Source of the DNA: Caulobacteraceae bacterium
GTDB lineage: Bacteria; Pseudomonadota; Alphaproteobacteria; Caulobacterales; Caulobacteraceae
DNA length: 64,000 bases
Direction: 5' to 3'
Assembly: GCA_965284305.1 (NCBI GenBank)
Contig: OZ260070.1
Location: 1,287,352 to 1,351,351 of the forward strand
The notes below the pieces were generated by a model, which saw nothing but the letters and a program-made list of their open reading frames with translations, was not told where the DNA came from and did no database searches. A program made the position numbers and the translations under genes. Every line of letters begins with the position of its first letter. The first letter of the stretch is position 1. This document shows, in pieces, positions 44,235-52,628 of the stretch.

Positions 44235-44570
44235 CTAGAGCTTCGCCACGTCGATCCGGTCGTAGTCGGTGTGCGTGCCGACAAACAGAATGAACACGCG
44301 TTTCGTCCTGAAGCCGATCAGGCCGACGACGCGATACTTGTTCCCGCCGACGTCGAAGACAATCTTGCCGTCGGCGACATAGTCGGCGCTGTTGAACGTG
44401 GCCTTCACCTCGCTGAAGTTGCCCCAGTCGGCGTCCGACACGGTGGTGTGCCATTCCGTCAAGGCAATGCGGGCGGTGTCGGCGAGCTTGCCTTTCGGCA
44501 AACCCGACCAGAATTTCACCAGCGTCGACTTGGCGATGATGCGCAAACAGTCAATATAGTGTGTTCCCAA
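44235..44570 (-). CDS. higB: HigB-family toxin (mRNA interferase)
   Basis: RIIAKSTLVKFW...WGNFSEVKATFNSADYV...FDVGGNKYRVVGLIGFRTKRVFILFVGTHTDYDR is the HigB_toxin pattern. The start is TTG at 44570 or at 44546. Confidence 0.8.
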   Translation of the reverse strand: MGTHYIDCLRIIAKSTLVKFWSGLPKGKLADTARIALTEWHTTVSDADWGNFSEVKATFNSADYVADGKIVFDVGGNKYRVVGLIGFRTKRVFILFVGTHTDYDRIDVAKL

Positions 44571-44583
44571 TATGGAAACAAGG

Positions 44584-45411
44584 CTAGCGTGCGGATCCCT
44601 CGGTCACCGGATGCGCGGGCGGCGCACCGCGGTGACGGTAGCGGGCCCCCTTGAGCATCATCTTCGCCGCCTCCCAGTGGATGCCCAAGGTGACCTTCCA
44701 GGTCAGCAGGGGGTGGGTCAGGAAGGCGCGAAGCAGCTGGCCGTCGGTCAGGGGGCGACGCCGGCCGGCGAAGCTGGCCGTCAGGATCGGCGCGTCGCCC
44801 CGACGGACGGCGACGACGACGGACACGGCTTCGCCGGGCGGGTGGACGGTGAAGTCATAGGTCAGGTCGCGGTCCATGAAGGGCGAGACGAACAGCTGCT
44901 TTTCCACCGTCTGCCGGACCGGAGCACAGTTGACCCCTCCACCATCCTTCGGATGGTCCCCCTCCCCATCCTCCGGACGGGGAGGAGACGGAACCGCGAC
45001 CAGATAGCTGTGGCGCTCATGGAAGGTGTTGGTGACCTCATAGAGCAGGGCCGCCAGGGCGCCGTCGGGCGTGTGGCAGAAGAAGACGCTGATCGGGTTG
45101 AAGCCGTAGCCGAGGATGCGCGGCATGGTCAGCAGGCGGATCGGCCCGCCGGCGATGTCGATGCCCGCCTCCGCCAGATGCCCCTCGACCTGGCCGCGCA
45201 GGGGGCGGTCAGAGCGGTCGCCATGGTCGGACGTGCGCAGGCTGATGAGGCCGAACCGGCCGCGGCCCAGCAGGCGCAGGCGCGACTGCAGCCCGTCCAG
45301 CTCATCCAGATCGGCCAGCACCATCCACAGGCGATAGCGCAGGCGGTGCGCGAAGGTCCGCACCCTTTGATGCACGACCTCGCCGACATAGAGGGCGGAC
45401 GATGGGGCCAT
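44584..45411 (-). CDS. DUF1365 family protein
   Basis: YVGEVVHQRVRTFAHRLRYRLWMVLADLDEL...MPRILGYGFNPISVFFCH is the DUF1365 pattern. I chose the internal ATG (MAPSSALY) as the start. Confidence 0.8.
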   Translation of the reverse strand: MAPSSALYVGEVVHQRVRTFAHRLRYRLWMVLADLDELDGLQSRLRLLGRGRFGLISLRTSDHGDRSDRPLRGQVEGHLAEAGIDIAGGPIRLLTMPRILGYGFNPISVFFCHTPDGALAALLYEVTNTFHERHSYLVAVPSPPRPEDGEGDHPKDGGGVNCAPVRQTVEKQLFVSPFMDRDLTYDFTVHPPGEAVSVVVAVRRGDAPILTASFAGRRRPLTDGQLLRAFLTHPLLTWKVTLGIHWEAAKMMLKGARYRHRGAPPAHPVTEGSAR

Positions 45412-45425
45412 GGCCGGGCGGGTGG

Positions 45426-46796
45426 TCACGCCGCCTCGGTCAGCCGGTCCGGGTCGACGGGCGAGCGCACCTGAATCCGGCCGCTCTCGTTCTCGACCGA
45501 CCATGGCCGGCGTACGCCGCCCAGCTGTTCTGCGACCGCGAGGCCGGCCTGCAGTCCGTCCTCATGGAAGCCCGAACCGAACCAGGCCCCCGCGAACCAG
45601 ACATTTCGGTGGCCCTGAAGCGACCAGAGCTCGCTCTGGACGGCCACGGCAGCCGCGTCGAAGACGGGATGCTCATAGTCCCATTCGCCGATCACCAGTG
45701 CCGGGTCCGGCGCCTTGGCCGGGTTCAGGCTGACGAACAGGGGCGGGCCGGGGAGCGACTGGAGTTCGTTCATCCAGTAGGTGACGCCGCCTTCGCCCGC
45801 GCGGTCGGAATAGCCGAGGTGGGTCCAGGCGGCCCAGGCCTTGCGGCGCTTCGGCATCAGCGAGGTGTCCCGGTGCAGGATCACCTTGTTGGGCCGGTAG
45901 CCGATCGCGCCCAGCAGGCGGCGGTCCTCCGCCGACGGTGCTTCCAGCAGCGCCAGGGCCTGGTCGGAATGGGTGGCCAGCACCACGGCGTCGAACCGCT
46001 CCAGCCGCCCGTCGTCGAACCGCAAGGCCGCGCCGTCGAGTCCGCGCAAGACGCCGGTGATCCGGGCATTGGTGACGACCTGTCCGCGGAAGGACTCGAC
46101 CAGCCGGGTCACATAGGACCGGCTGCCGCCATCCACCGTGCGCCAGGTCGGTCGGAGATCCAGCTTGAGCAGATTATGGTTCATGTAGAACCGGACGAAT
46201 GAGGCCGCCGGATAGTCGGCCATCTGTCCCATGGAGCAGGACCAGATGGCGGCGGCCTGGGGCAGCAGATGGGCCTCGCGGAACAGGGTCCCGTAGCCAC
46301 CCCGCGCCAGATAGGCCTGCAGCGTCTCACCCGTCCGTTCCAGCTCAGCCAGGTCGCGCGGGGCCTGCTTCTGGAACCGCAGCAGGTCGCTGATCATGCG
46401 CCAGAACCGGGGGCTGGCGTAGTTTCGCTTCTGGGCGAACAGGGCACCGAGGCCCTGGCTGCAGTATTCGAAAGCGCCGTCGTCGATGGAGACGGCAAAG
46501 GACATCATGGCCGGCTTGGTCGGTACGTCCAGATGCGCGAACAGGGCGGTCAGGTTGGGATAGTTGGCCTCATTGTAGACGATGAAGCCGGTGTCGACGG
46601 CCACCGGCCCGGCCGGAGACGGTGCGTCCACGGTGCTGGAATGGCCGCCCAACCGGTCGTCGGCCTCGAACAGGGTGACCTCATGCTCCTGCGACAGCAG
46701 CCAGGCGCAGGACAGGCCTGAAATGCCGGAGCCGACGACAGCGATGCGCCGCCCGGCGGGCGAGGCGGGCGTCTCCGCGACGAGATGAGGGGGCAT
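45426..46796 (-). CDS. NAD(P)/FAD-dependent oxidoreductase, amine-oxidase/phytoene-desaturase-like
   Basis: 456 aa with an N-terminal dinucleotide fold (IAVVGSGISGLSCAWLL...VTLFEADDRLGGH). Confidence 0.85.
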   Translation of the reverse strand: MPPHLVAETPASPAGRRIAVVGSGISGLSCAWLLSQEHEVTLFEADDRLGGHSSTVDAPSPAGPVAVDTGFIVYNEANYPNLTALFAHLDVPTKPAMMSFAVSIDDGAFEYCSQGLGALFAQKRNYASPRFWRMISDLLRFQKQAPRDLAELERTGETLQAYLARGGYGTLFREAHLLPQAAAIWSCSMGQMADYPAASFVRFYMNHNLLKLDLRPTWRTVDGGSRSYVTRLVESFRGQVVTNARITGVLRGLDGAALRFDDGRLERFDAVVLATHSDQALALLEAPSAEDRRLLGAIGYRPNKVILHRDTSLMPKRRKAWAAWTHLGYSDRAGEGGVTYWMNELQSLPGPPLFVSLNPAKAPDPALVIGEWDYEHPVFDAAAVAVQSELWSLQGHRNVWFAGAWFGSGFHEDGLQAGLAVAEQLGGVRRPWSVENESGRIQVRSPVDPDRLTEAA

Positions 46797-46824
46797 GCCG
46801 ACTCCAACTGCTGACGGGGCCAGA

Positions 46825-46850
46825 TACGCCGGAAGCCGCGCGATGGATGC
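46825..46850 (-). promoter_or_regulatory. candidate ECF-type promoter GCATCC-N16-CGTA for the oxidoreductase/DUF1365 operon
   Basis: The minus strand reads GCATCC (46850-46845), a 16-nt spacer, then CGTA (46828-46825). It lies about 29 nt upstream of ATG 46796. Confidence 0.4.
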
Positions 46851-46853
46851 GGC

Positions 46854-46879
46854 TCATCCGGATGCTAGGCTGTCCCGTA
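46854..46879 (+). promoter_or_regulatory. candidate ECF-type promoter TCATCC-N16-CGTA for the CFA-synthase-like operon
   Basis: The plus strand reads TCATCC (46854-46859), a 16-nt spacer, then CGTA (46876-46879). It lies about 34 nt upstream of ATG 46913. The two -35 boxes together form the palindrome GGATGCGGCTCATCC. Confidence 0.45.
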
Positions 46880-46912
46880 GTTGTGTACCAATCAGGCCTG
46901 TCAGGAGCGTCC

Positions 46913-47944
46913 ATGTCTTTCGCGAACGTCGCCATACGTCGGCTGCAGGACGCGCCCTTTCCCGATTTCATCGCCCGCCCGGCGATCGACAGTCTGGTCA
47001 GCGAGGCGCGCCGGCGGCTGGACCGCGAGGGCCCGCATGACGAGGCCGTCTTCGCCCGCGACATGGCGCAGCGGGCCATCGCCGAACACACGGCGGCGGC
47101 CAACGAACAGCACTATGAACTGCCGCCCGAGTTCTTCGAGATCTGCCTGGGCAAACGGCTGAAATATTCCTGCTGCCTCTATCCTTCGGAGGCGACGACA
47201 CTGGACGAGGCGGAAGAGGCGGCGCTGGTGGACACCTGTGCGCACGCGGAACTGGCGGATGGGCAGCACATCCTCGAACTGGGTTGTGGCTGGGGCAGTT
47301 TGAGCCTCTGGATGGCCGAGCGCTATCCGAACTCGGCGATCACGGCGGTGTCGAACAGCCACGGCCAGCGCGGCCATATCGAGGCCCAGGCGAAGGCGCG
47401 AGGCCTGACCAATCTGACCGTCATCACCTGCGACATGAACGACTTCAAACCGGCCGCAGACGACGGGTTCGACCGGATCGTCTCGGTCGAGATGTTCGAG
47501 CACATGGCCAACTGGCGGGCCCTGCTGACGCGCGCCCGTGGCTGGCTGAAGCCGGACGGGCGGATGTTCATCCACATCTTCACCCACCGGGACGCGCCCT
47601 ACCGGTTCGATCACACCGACAGCGGCGACTTCATTGCCCAACATTTCTTCACCGGCGGGGTCATGCCCAGCCGCGGCCTGATGCGGCAGTTCCCGGACCT
47701 GTTCGAGGTCGAGCGCGAATGGACCTGGAGCGGGGTCAACTACCAGCGCACCGCCGACCACTGGCTGGCCAATATGGACGCCAATGGCGACCGGGTGATG
47801 GAGCTGATGCGGGAGGCCTACGGCCCCGATGCGGCCCTGTGGCGGCGGCGCTGGCGGCGGTTCTATCTGGCCACGGCAGGCCTGTTCGGCAACGACGACG
47901 GCAACACCTGGGCCGTCAACCACTATCTCCTGAAGCCAGCGTAA
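46913..47944 (+). CDS. cyclopropane-fatty-acyl-phospholipid-synthase-family SAM-dependent methyltransferase
   Basis: It has the SAM motif ILELGCGWGSL and CFA-synthase-like N- and C-terminal regions. The ATG is preceded by AGGAG. Confidence 0.9.
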   Translation: MSFANVAIRRLQDAPFPDFIARPAIDSLVSEARRRLDREGPHDEAVFARDMAQRAIAEHTAAANEQHYELPPEFFEICLGKRLKYSCCLYPSEATTLDEAEEAALVDTCAHAELADGQHILELGCGWGSLSLWMAERYPNSAITAVSNSHGQRGHIEAQAKARGLTNLTVITCDMNDFKPAADDGFDRIVSVEMFEHMANWRALLTRARGWLKPDGRMFIHIFTHRDAPYRFDHTDSGDFIAQHFFTGGVMPSRGLMRQFPDLFEVEREWTWSGVNYQRTADHWLANMDANGDRVMELMREAYGPDAALWRRRWRRFYLATAGLFGNDDGNTWAVNHYLLKPA

Positions 47945-47957
47945 GGGTCGGAAAAAA

Positions 47958-48371
47958 ATGAAGAAATACATCATCGGTTATCTGGGTGCAGGACTGACGT
48001 TCGCGGCCATTGACGCGGTCTGGCTGTTCAATATGACCGACCGCCTCTACCGACCCGTGCTGGCTCCGATCCTGGCGGAAAAGCCGGACATGGCCGCCGC
48101 CGTGGCCTTCTATCTGATCTACATTTCCGGCATCGTCTTCATGGCCGTGGCACCGGCGCTGCGTCAGGGAGGCTGGCACCGGGCGGCGTTGAACGGCGGG
48201 GTGCTCGGCTTTGTGGCCTATGCCACCTATGACCTGACCAACCAGGCGACCCTGAAGGTGTGGGCCCTGCATCTCACCCTGATCGACATCACCTGGGGGA
48301 CGATCCTGACGGGCTTCGCTGCGGTTGGCGGCTACCTCGCGGCCCGGTCGGTCAAGTCGCGGCTCGGCTAA
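47958..48371 (+). CDS. DUF2177 family membrane protein
   Basis: 137 aa with 4 TM segments. The N-terminus MKKYIIGYLGAGLTFAAIDAVWL is typical of the family. Confidence 0.72.
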   Translation: MKKYIIGYLGAGLTFAAIDAVWLFNMTDRLYRPVLAPILAEKPDMAAAVAFYLIYISGIVFMAVAPALRQGGWHRAALNGGVLGFVAYATYDLTNQATLKVWALHLTLIDITWGTILTGFAAVGGYLAARSVKSRLG

Positions 48372-48456
48372 ACCCCTGCGGGTTAACCTTTTTCTTCCCG
48401 CCACACGGGCGCGAGATGGCCAGATCGCGACGATGGGGTAAAAGGTCGGACTGGAC

Positions 48457-49377
48457 GTGGTTCAGTCGGGGGACGCTTTGCGCGCTGGCATCAACGCTTT
48501 GACGGTGGTCTTCGTGATCGGCGTTCTGGCCGGACTGGCGTTGACGCCGGACGGGCGGGCTTGGCTGCGCCATCCGACCATCATGCTGGGCGACAAGGCG
48601 GCGGCCTCTGCACCGCCGCCGGCAACACCCGCGCCGGCCGCTGCGGTGCCTGCGGCTGCGCCCGCCCCCGTCATGGCCCGAGTGACGCCGCTGAATGCCC
48701 GGCTGGCCCGGGGACCCTTGCGCATCGGTGTGTTCGGCGACTCCATGGCGGACGGCCTGTACGCGGGCCTGTATCGCGACCTGCAGGACCAGCCGAACGT
48801 CGCGGTAACCAAATTCTCGCAGGTTTCGACGGGGCTGAGCCGCTACGACTATGTGAACATTCACGCCAAGACCCGGGCGCAGCTGGACGAGCATCCGGTC
48901 GATGTGGCCGTGATGCTGTTCGGCACCAATGATGCCCAGGGCATAGATACCGGCAGTACCGTGCACATGTTCGGCACGGACGGCTGGAAGGCCGCCTATG
49001 CCAGCCGGATCGACGAACTGGTCGCCCTTCTGCGCAGCCGCAATGTGGTGGTTTACTGGGTCGGCCTGCCCCGCATGAAGCGCGACAGTTTCGACGGCCG
49101 GATGATGCTGATCAATGAGGTGGTCGAGGCACGGATGCGGGCGCTGGGCGTGCCCTGGATCGAGACCGTGGGCCTGACCTCGAACGCCGACGGCGGCTAT
49201 GAGGCCTATCTTCCCACCGAGGGTGGTCGGCGTGTGCTGATGCGCGCCGACGACGGAATCCATATGTCGATGGCCGGGTATCTGCGGATGAGCGAGGCGG
49301 TCGCGGCAAGGCTCAAGCGGGATGCCGGCCTGGATCGCCCGCCGGTGCCGGCCCGGCCCGCAGCCCCCGCCGCCTGA
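48457..49377 (+). CDS. SGNH/GDSL hydrolase (DUF459-like)
   Basis: It has an N-terminal TM anchor, block I (IGVFGDSMADGL) and block III (MLFGTNDAQ). The start is GTG. Confidence 0.75.
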   Translation: MVQSGDALRAGINALTVVFVIGVLAGLALTPDGRAWLRHPTIMLGDKAAASAPPPATPAPAAAVPAAAPAPVMARVTPLNARLARGPLRIGVFGDSMADGLYAGLYRDLQDQPNVAVTKFSQVSTGLSRYDYVNIHAKTRAQLDEHPVDVAVMLFGTNDAQGIDTGSTVHMFGTDGWKAAYASRIDELVALLRSRNVVVYWVGLPRMKRDSFDGRMMLINEVVEARMRALGVPWIETVGLTSNADGGYEAYLPTEGGRRVLMRADDGIHMSMAGYLRMSEAVAARLKRDAGLDRPPVPARPAAPAA

Positions 49378-49379
49378 GC

Positions 49380-50627
49380 ATGAAGCCGCTCGCCGGGGCC
49401 CTTGTCGCGGCTGTTCTGGCGTCTGCGGCGTTCGCCCAGGTGCCCTATGGACCCGCAGATGTCCCGGCACCGGGCGTGTCCGTCTGTCCCGCCGGCCTGT
49501 GTCAGCCCGAGGCCTTGAACGGCGTGTTCGAAGCCCTCGCCCAGGCAGAAGCCGGGCTTGGTCGTGCGCCCGTCCATATCCTCCAGATCGGCGACAGCCA
49601 CACAGCGGGCGACCGCATCACCGGCAAGCTGAGGGCGGCGCTGCAGGCGCGCTTCGGCGACGGCGGCCGCGGCGTCCTGCCGCCAGGCGTGCCCTACGAC
49701 GGCTACGCCCCCTTGCAGGTCGAAGTGACGGCCAGCGGATGGAACACCACACTCGCGCCGCTGGCGGGCCATGCAGGCTATGTCCGGGACGGAGTCGGCC
49801 TGACCGGGGTGCAGGCGATCACCGTACAGGCAGGCAGCACCCTGACGCTTCGGCTGGATAGGCCGGTGTCGCGGCCCGGCCGGGTCGAACTGTGCGGGAC
49901 GGGGCCGGGCCGGCTGCAGGTCGCTGCGGGCAACGAGACCTGGCCCGTCACGTTTGATGACGGCGGCTGTGCGACCCTGCGGCCGGAACGGGATCACCGG
50001 CAGGTCGAGCTGCAGGCCCTGGACGACTCCCTGTCCTTGCATTCGGTGCGGCTTACGAGCGCGTCGGGTGGTGTGGAGCTTTCCAATCTCGGTGTTGTCG
50101 GGGCGACCATCCGGGACCTGGCGGCGCGCGATCAGCGCGTCGTAGCGAGGGAGCTGGCGGCATGGCGGCCCGCGCTGATCGTCCTGGCTTTCGGCACCAA
50201 TGAGGGGTTTGACGACGGCCTCGAACCCCGCAGCTATGAGGCGCTGCTGCGCGGGCAGGTCGTGCGGCTGCGCAGGCTGGCACCGGGGGCTTCATTGATG
50301 ATCCTCGGCGCGCCGGACGCCCTGCGCAATGGCGTTACCAACGGCTGCAGCGCCGACGGCCGGCGCAGCCCGCCGCCGTCGCTGGCGGTGGTGCGGGACG
50401 TGCAACGCCGGGTCGCCGCCGACATGGGTGTGGCGTTCTGGGACTGGCACGGGCGGATGGGCGGAGACTGTTCAGCGGATCGGCTGGCGATGCGGGGCGA
50501 GCCCTTCATGTTGCGCGACCGTGTGCATTTCAGTTCCGCCGGTGCCGACTGGATCGGCGGGGTGCTGCACGCCGACCTGATGACGGCCTACGACGCCTGG
50601 TCGGCGCGGCGCGGGGAGGCGGGTTAG
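49380..50627 (+). CDS. SGNH/GDSL hydrolase family protein
   Basis: It has a signal peptide, block I (LQIGDSHTAGD), block III (LAFGTNEG) and a C-terminal D..H region (RDRVHFS). Confidence 0.7.
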   Translation: MKPLAGALVAAVLASAAFAQVPYGPADVPAPGVSVCPAGLCQPEALNGVFEALAQAEAGLGRAPVHILQIGDSHTAGDRITGKLRAALQARFGDGGRGVLPPGVPYDGYAPLQVEVTASGWNTTLAPLAGHAGYVRDGVGLTGVQAITVQAGSTLTLRLDRPVSRPGRVELCGTGPGRLQVAAGNETWPVTFDDGGCATLRPERDHRQVELQALDDSLSLHSVRLTSASGGVELSNLGVVGATIRDLAARDQRVVARELAAWRPALIVLAFGTNEGFDDGLEPRSYEALLRGQVVRLRRLAPGASLMILGAPDALRNGVTNGCSADGRRSPPPSLAVVRDVQRRVAADMGVAFWDWHGRMGGDCSADRLAMRGEPFMLRDRVHFSSAGADWIGGVLHADLMTAYDAWSARRGEAG

Positions 50628-52037
50628 ATGCTGTTCCCCACGCTCGCCTTCGGCGTCTTCTTCCTGTTCGTCTATTTCACCGCCTGGTCGCTGGATCGCG
50701 AGAACGGGCGGCGCAAGCTCTTCCTGCTGCTTGTCAGCTGGTTCTTCTACGCCCAGTGGGACTGGCGGTTCGTCGCCCTGCTGATCGCCTCCGCAGTGCT
50801 GAACTGGGCCATCGGCGCGCTGATCGCGCGGACGCGGGAGCGAGGCGACGAGCGCACGGCCTGGATGGTCGGCCTCGGGGTCGCCGCCAACCTGCTGATC
50901 CTCGGCTTCTTCAAATACTACGGCTTCTTCATCGAACAGGCCGGTGACCTGCTGATGCGGTTCGGCTGGGAGCGGGACCTGCCGCTGCTGCAGATCGTCC
51001 TGCCGGTGGGGATTTCCTTCTTCACCTTCCAGGGCATCAGCTACGTCGTCGACGTCCATCGCGGGAAGACGCCGCCGGCGAGGAGCCTGCTCGACGTCAT
51101 GCTGCTGATGAGCTTCTTCCCGCATCTGGTGGCGGGGCCGATCGTACGGGCCTCGGACCTGCTGCCGCAGTTCGACCAGGCCCCGCGGCTGACGCGGGTG
51201 ATGGCGACCCACGGCCTGCTGCTGATCGTCTGGGGCCTGTTCAAGAAGACGGTGATCGCGTCCGAACTGTCAGTGAACCTGGTCGATCCGGTGTTCTTCG
51301 ATCCCTCGGCCTATTCGGCCTTCGACATCGCGGCGGCGACCTATGGCTATGCGGTCCAGATCTATTGCGACTTCTCGGCCTATTCGGACATGGCGATCGG
51401 GATCGCCGCCCTGCTGGGCTATTCCTTCCCGCGCAATTTTGACCAGCCGTACCGGGCGTCGTCGATGCAGAGCTTCTGGCGGCGCTGGCATATCAGCCTG
51501 TCCAGCTGGCTGCGCGACTATCTCTATGTGCCGCTGGGCGGTGGTCGGAAGGGGCTGGTCTCGTCCTGCATCAACGTCTTCATCACCATGGTGCTGGGCG
51601 GGCTGTGGCACGGGGCAGCCTGGACCTTCCTGGCCTGGGGCGCGCTGCACGGCGGGGTGCAGGTGGTCGAACGGCTGGGTCGCGCGGCCTTCGGGGACCG
51701 CAAGGTCATCCCGACCGCGATCGGTGTGCTGGTCACCTTCCACATCGTCTGCCTGGGCTGGATCCTGTTCCGGGCCGAGACCTTCGAACTGGCCATGGCC
51801 ATGCTGCAGGGGCTGGGCAGGATGGGGCCGGTGACGGCGCTCACGCCGCTGCTGCTGACCGTGATCGTCGGCGGTCTGGCCATGCACTGGCTGCCACCCC
51901 GCGCCATCGAGGGCGTGGCCGAGCGGCTCAAGGCGGCGCCGTCGGTGACCCTGGGCCTGCTGATCGGCGCAGCCATCCTGCTGGTCGAGGCCGTGCGTCC
52001 CGAGGGCGTGGCCCCCTTCATCTATTTCCAGTTCTGA
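50628..52037 (+). CDS. MBOAT-family O-acyltransferase (AlgI/PatA/DltB-like)
   Basis: 469 aa, polytopic, with a conserved His region (WRRWHISLSSWLRDYLYVPLGG). Its start directly abuts the previous stop (TAGATG). Confidence 0.9.
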   Translation: MLFPTLAFGVFFLFVYFTAWSLDRENGRRKLFLLLVSWFFYAQWDWRFVALLIASAVLNWAIGALIARTRERGDERTAWMVGLGVAANLLILGFFKYYGFFIEQAGDLLMRFGWERDLPLLQIVLPVGISFFTFQGISYVVDVHRGKTPPARSLLDVMLLMSFFPHLVAGPIVRASDLLPQFDQAPRLTRVMATHGLLLIVWGLFKKTVIASELSVNLVDPVFFDPSAYSAFDIAAATYGYAVQIYCDFSAYSDMAIGIAALLGYSFPRNFDQPYRASSMQSFWRRWHISLSSWLRDYLYVPLGGGRKGLVSSCINVFITMVLGGLWHGAAWTFLAWGALHGGVQVVERLGRAAFGDRKVIPTAIGVLVTFHIVCLGWILFRAETFELAMAMLQGLGRMGPVTALTPLLLTVIVGGLAMHWLPPRAIEGVAERLKAAPSVTLGLLIGAAILLVEAVRPEGVAPFIYFQF

Positions 52038-52052
52038 GGCGTTGAGACGGCG

Positions 52053-52565
52053 ATGAACGACCACCGCGATCCCCCTGAAATCCCCCTGGAGCCGTTTCCG
52101 GTTCACCGGCCGGAATCGCCCTTTCCGCCCCTCTACGACAGCCTGCCGCCGGGAGCGGGCGATCCCCGCAGTGACTGGAACCGGAACGCCGACGCCCACG
52201 ACCTGGCCGTCGCTCATGATGCGGGGCCCGAGAACCGGCTGGCGGCGCTGGGCCGCTTCGCCTTTCCGCCCGCTCCGCCGCTGGACGACGAAGGCCTTGC
52301 CGCCCGCGACCGCCGCTGGACCACCCGCACGATCGTCATCAGCACGGCCTTCCTGCTGGTGTTCAACGCCGTCTCGCCCCTGAACTGGTCGCGACAGCAG
52401 GCACCATCCTGGCTGCAGGGGACGGTCCAGCAGATGTCCGAGGTCTGGGTTGGCCAGCTGGCGGTGTTCGGCGTGGACATGCCGCGCCAGGGCGTGCGCG
52501 AGGGCTGGATGGCGGTGCGGGACGCAAGGTTCGTGGGTCAGGAGCCGGCGGCGGGCGCGCCTTGA
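52053..52565 (+). CDS. hypothetical single-pass membrane protein
   Basis: 170 aa with a Pro-rich N-terminus and one TM segment (TIVISTAFLLVFNAV). It is the last gene of the MBOAT cluster. I recognise no family. Confidence 0.45.
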   Translation: MNDHRDPPEIPLEPFPVHRPESPFPPLYDSLPPGAGDPRSDWNRNADAHDLAVAHDAGPENRLAALGRFAFPPAPPLDDEGLAARDRRWTTRTIVISTAFLLVFNAVSPLNWSRQQAPSWLQGTVQQMSEVWVGQLAVFGVDMPRQGVREGWMAVRDARFVGQEPAAGAP

Positions 52566-52628
52566 CCGGAGCGGTGCCCCGCCCCTAGCTTGCAACGCCC
52601 ATCCGGGGCCGTTGTTTGGGAATGGATC

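Noticed and set aside
48371-48393. AACCC-CTGC-GGGTT hairpin followed by a T5 run after the DUF2177 gene, as a terminator
   Set aside because: The stem is only 5 bp and a 4-nt spacer precedes the T-run. It is plausible but below the level I would annotate.
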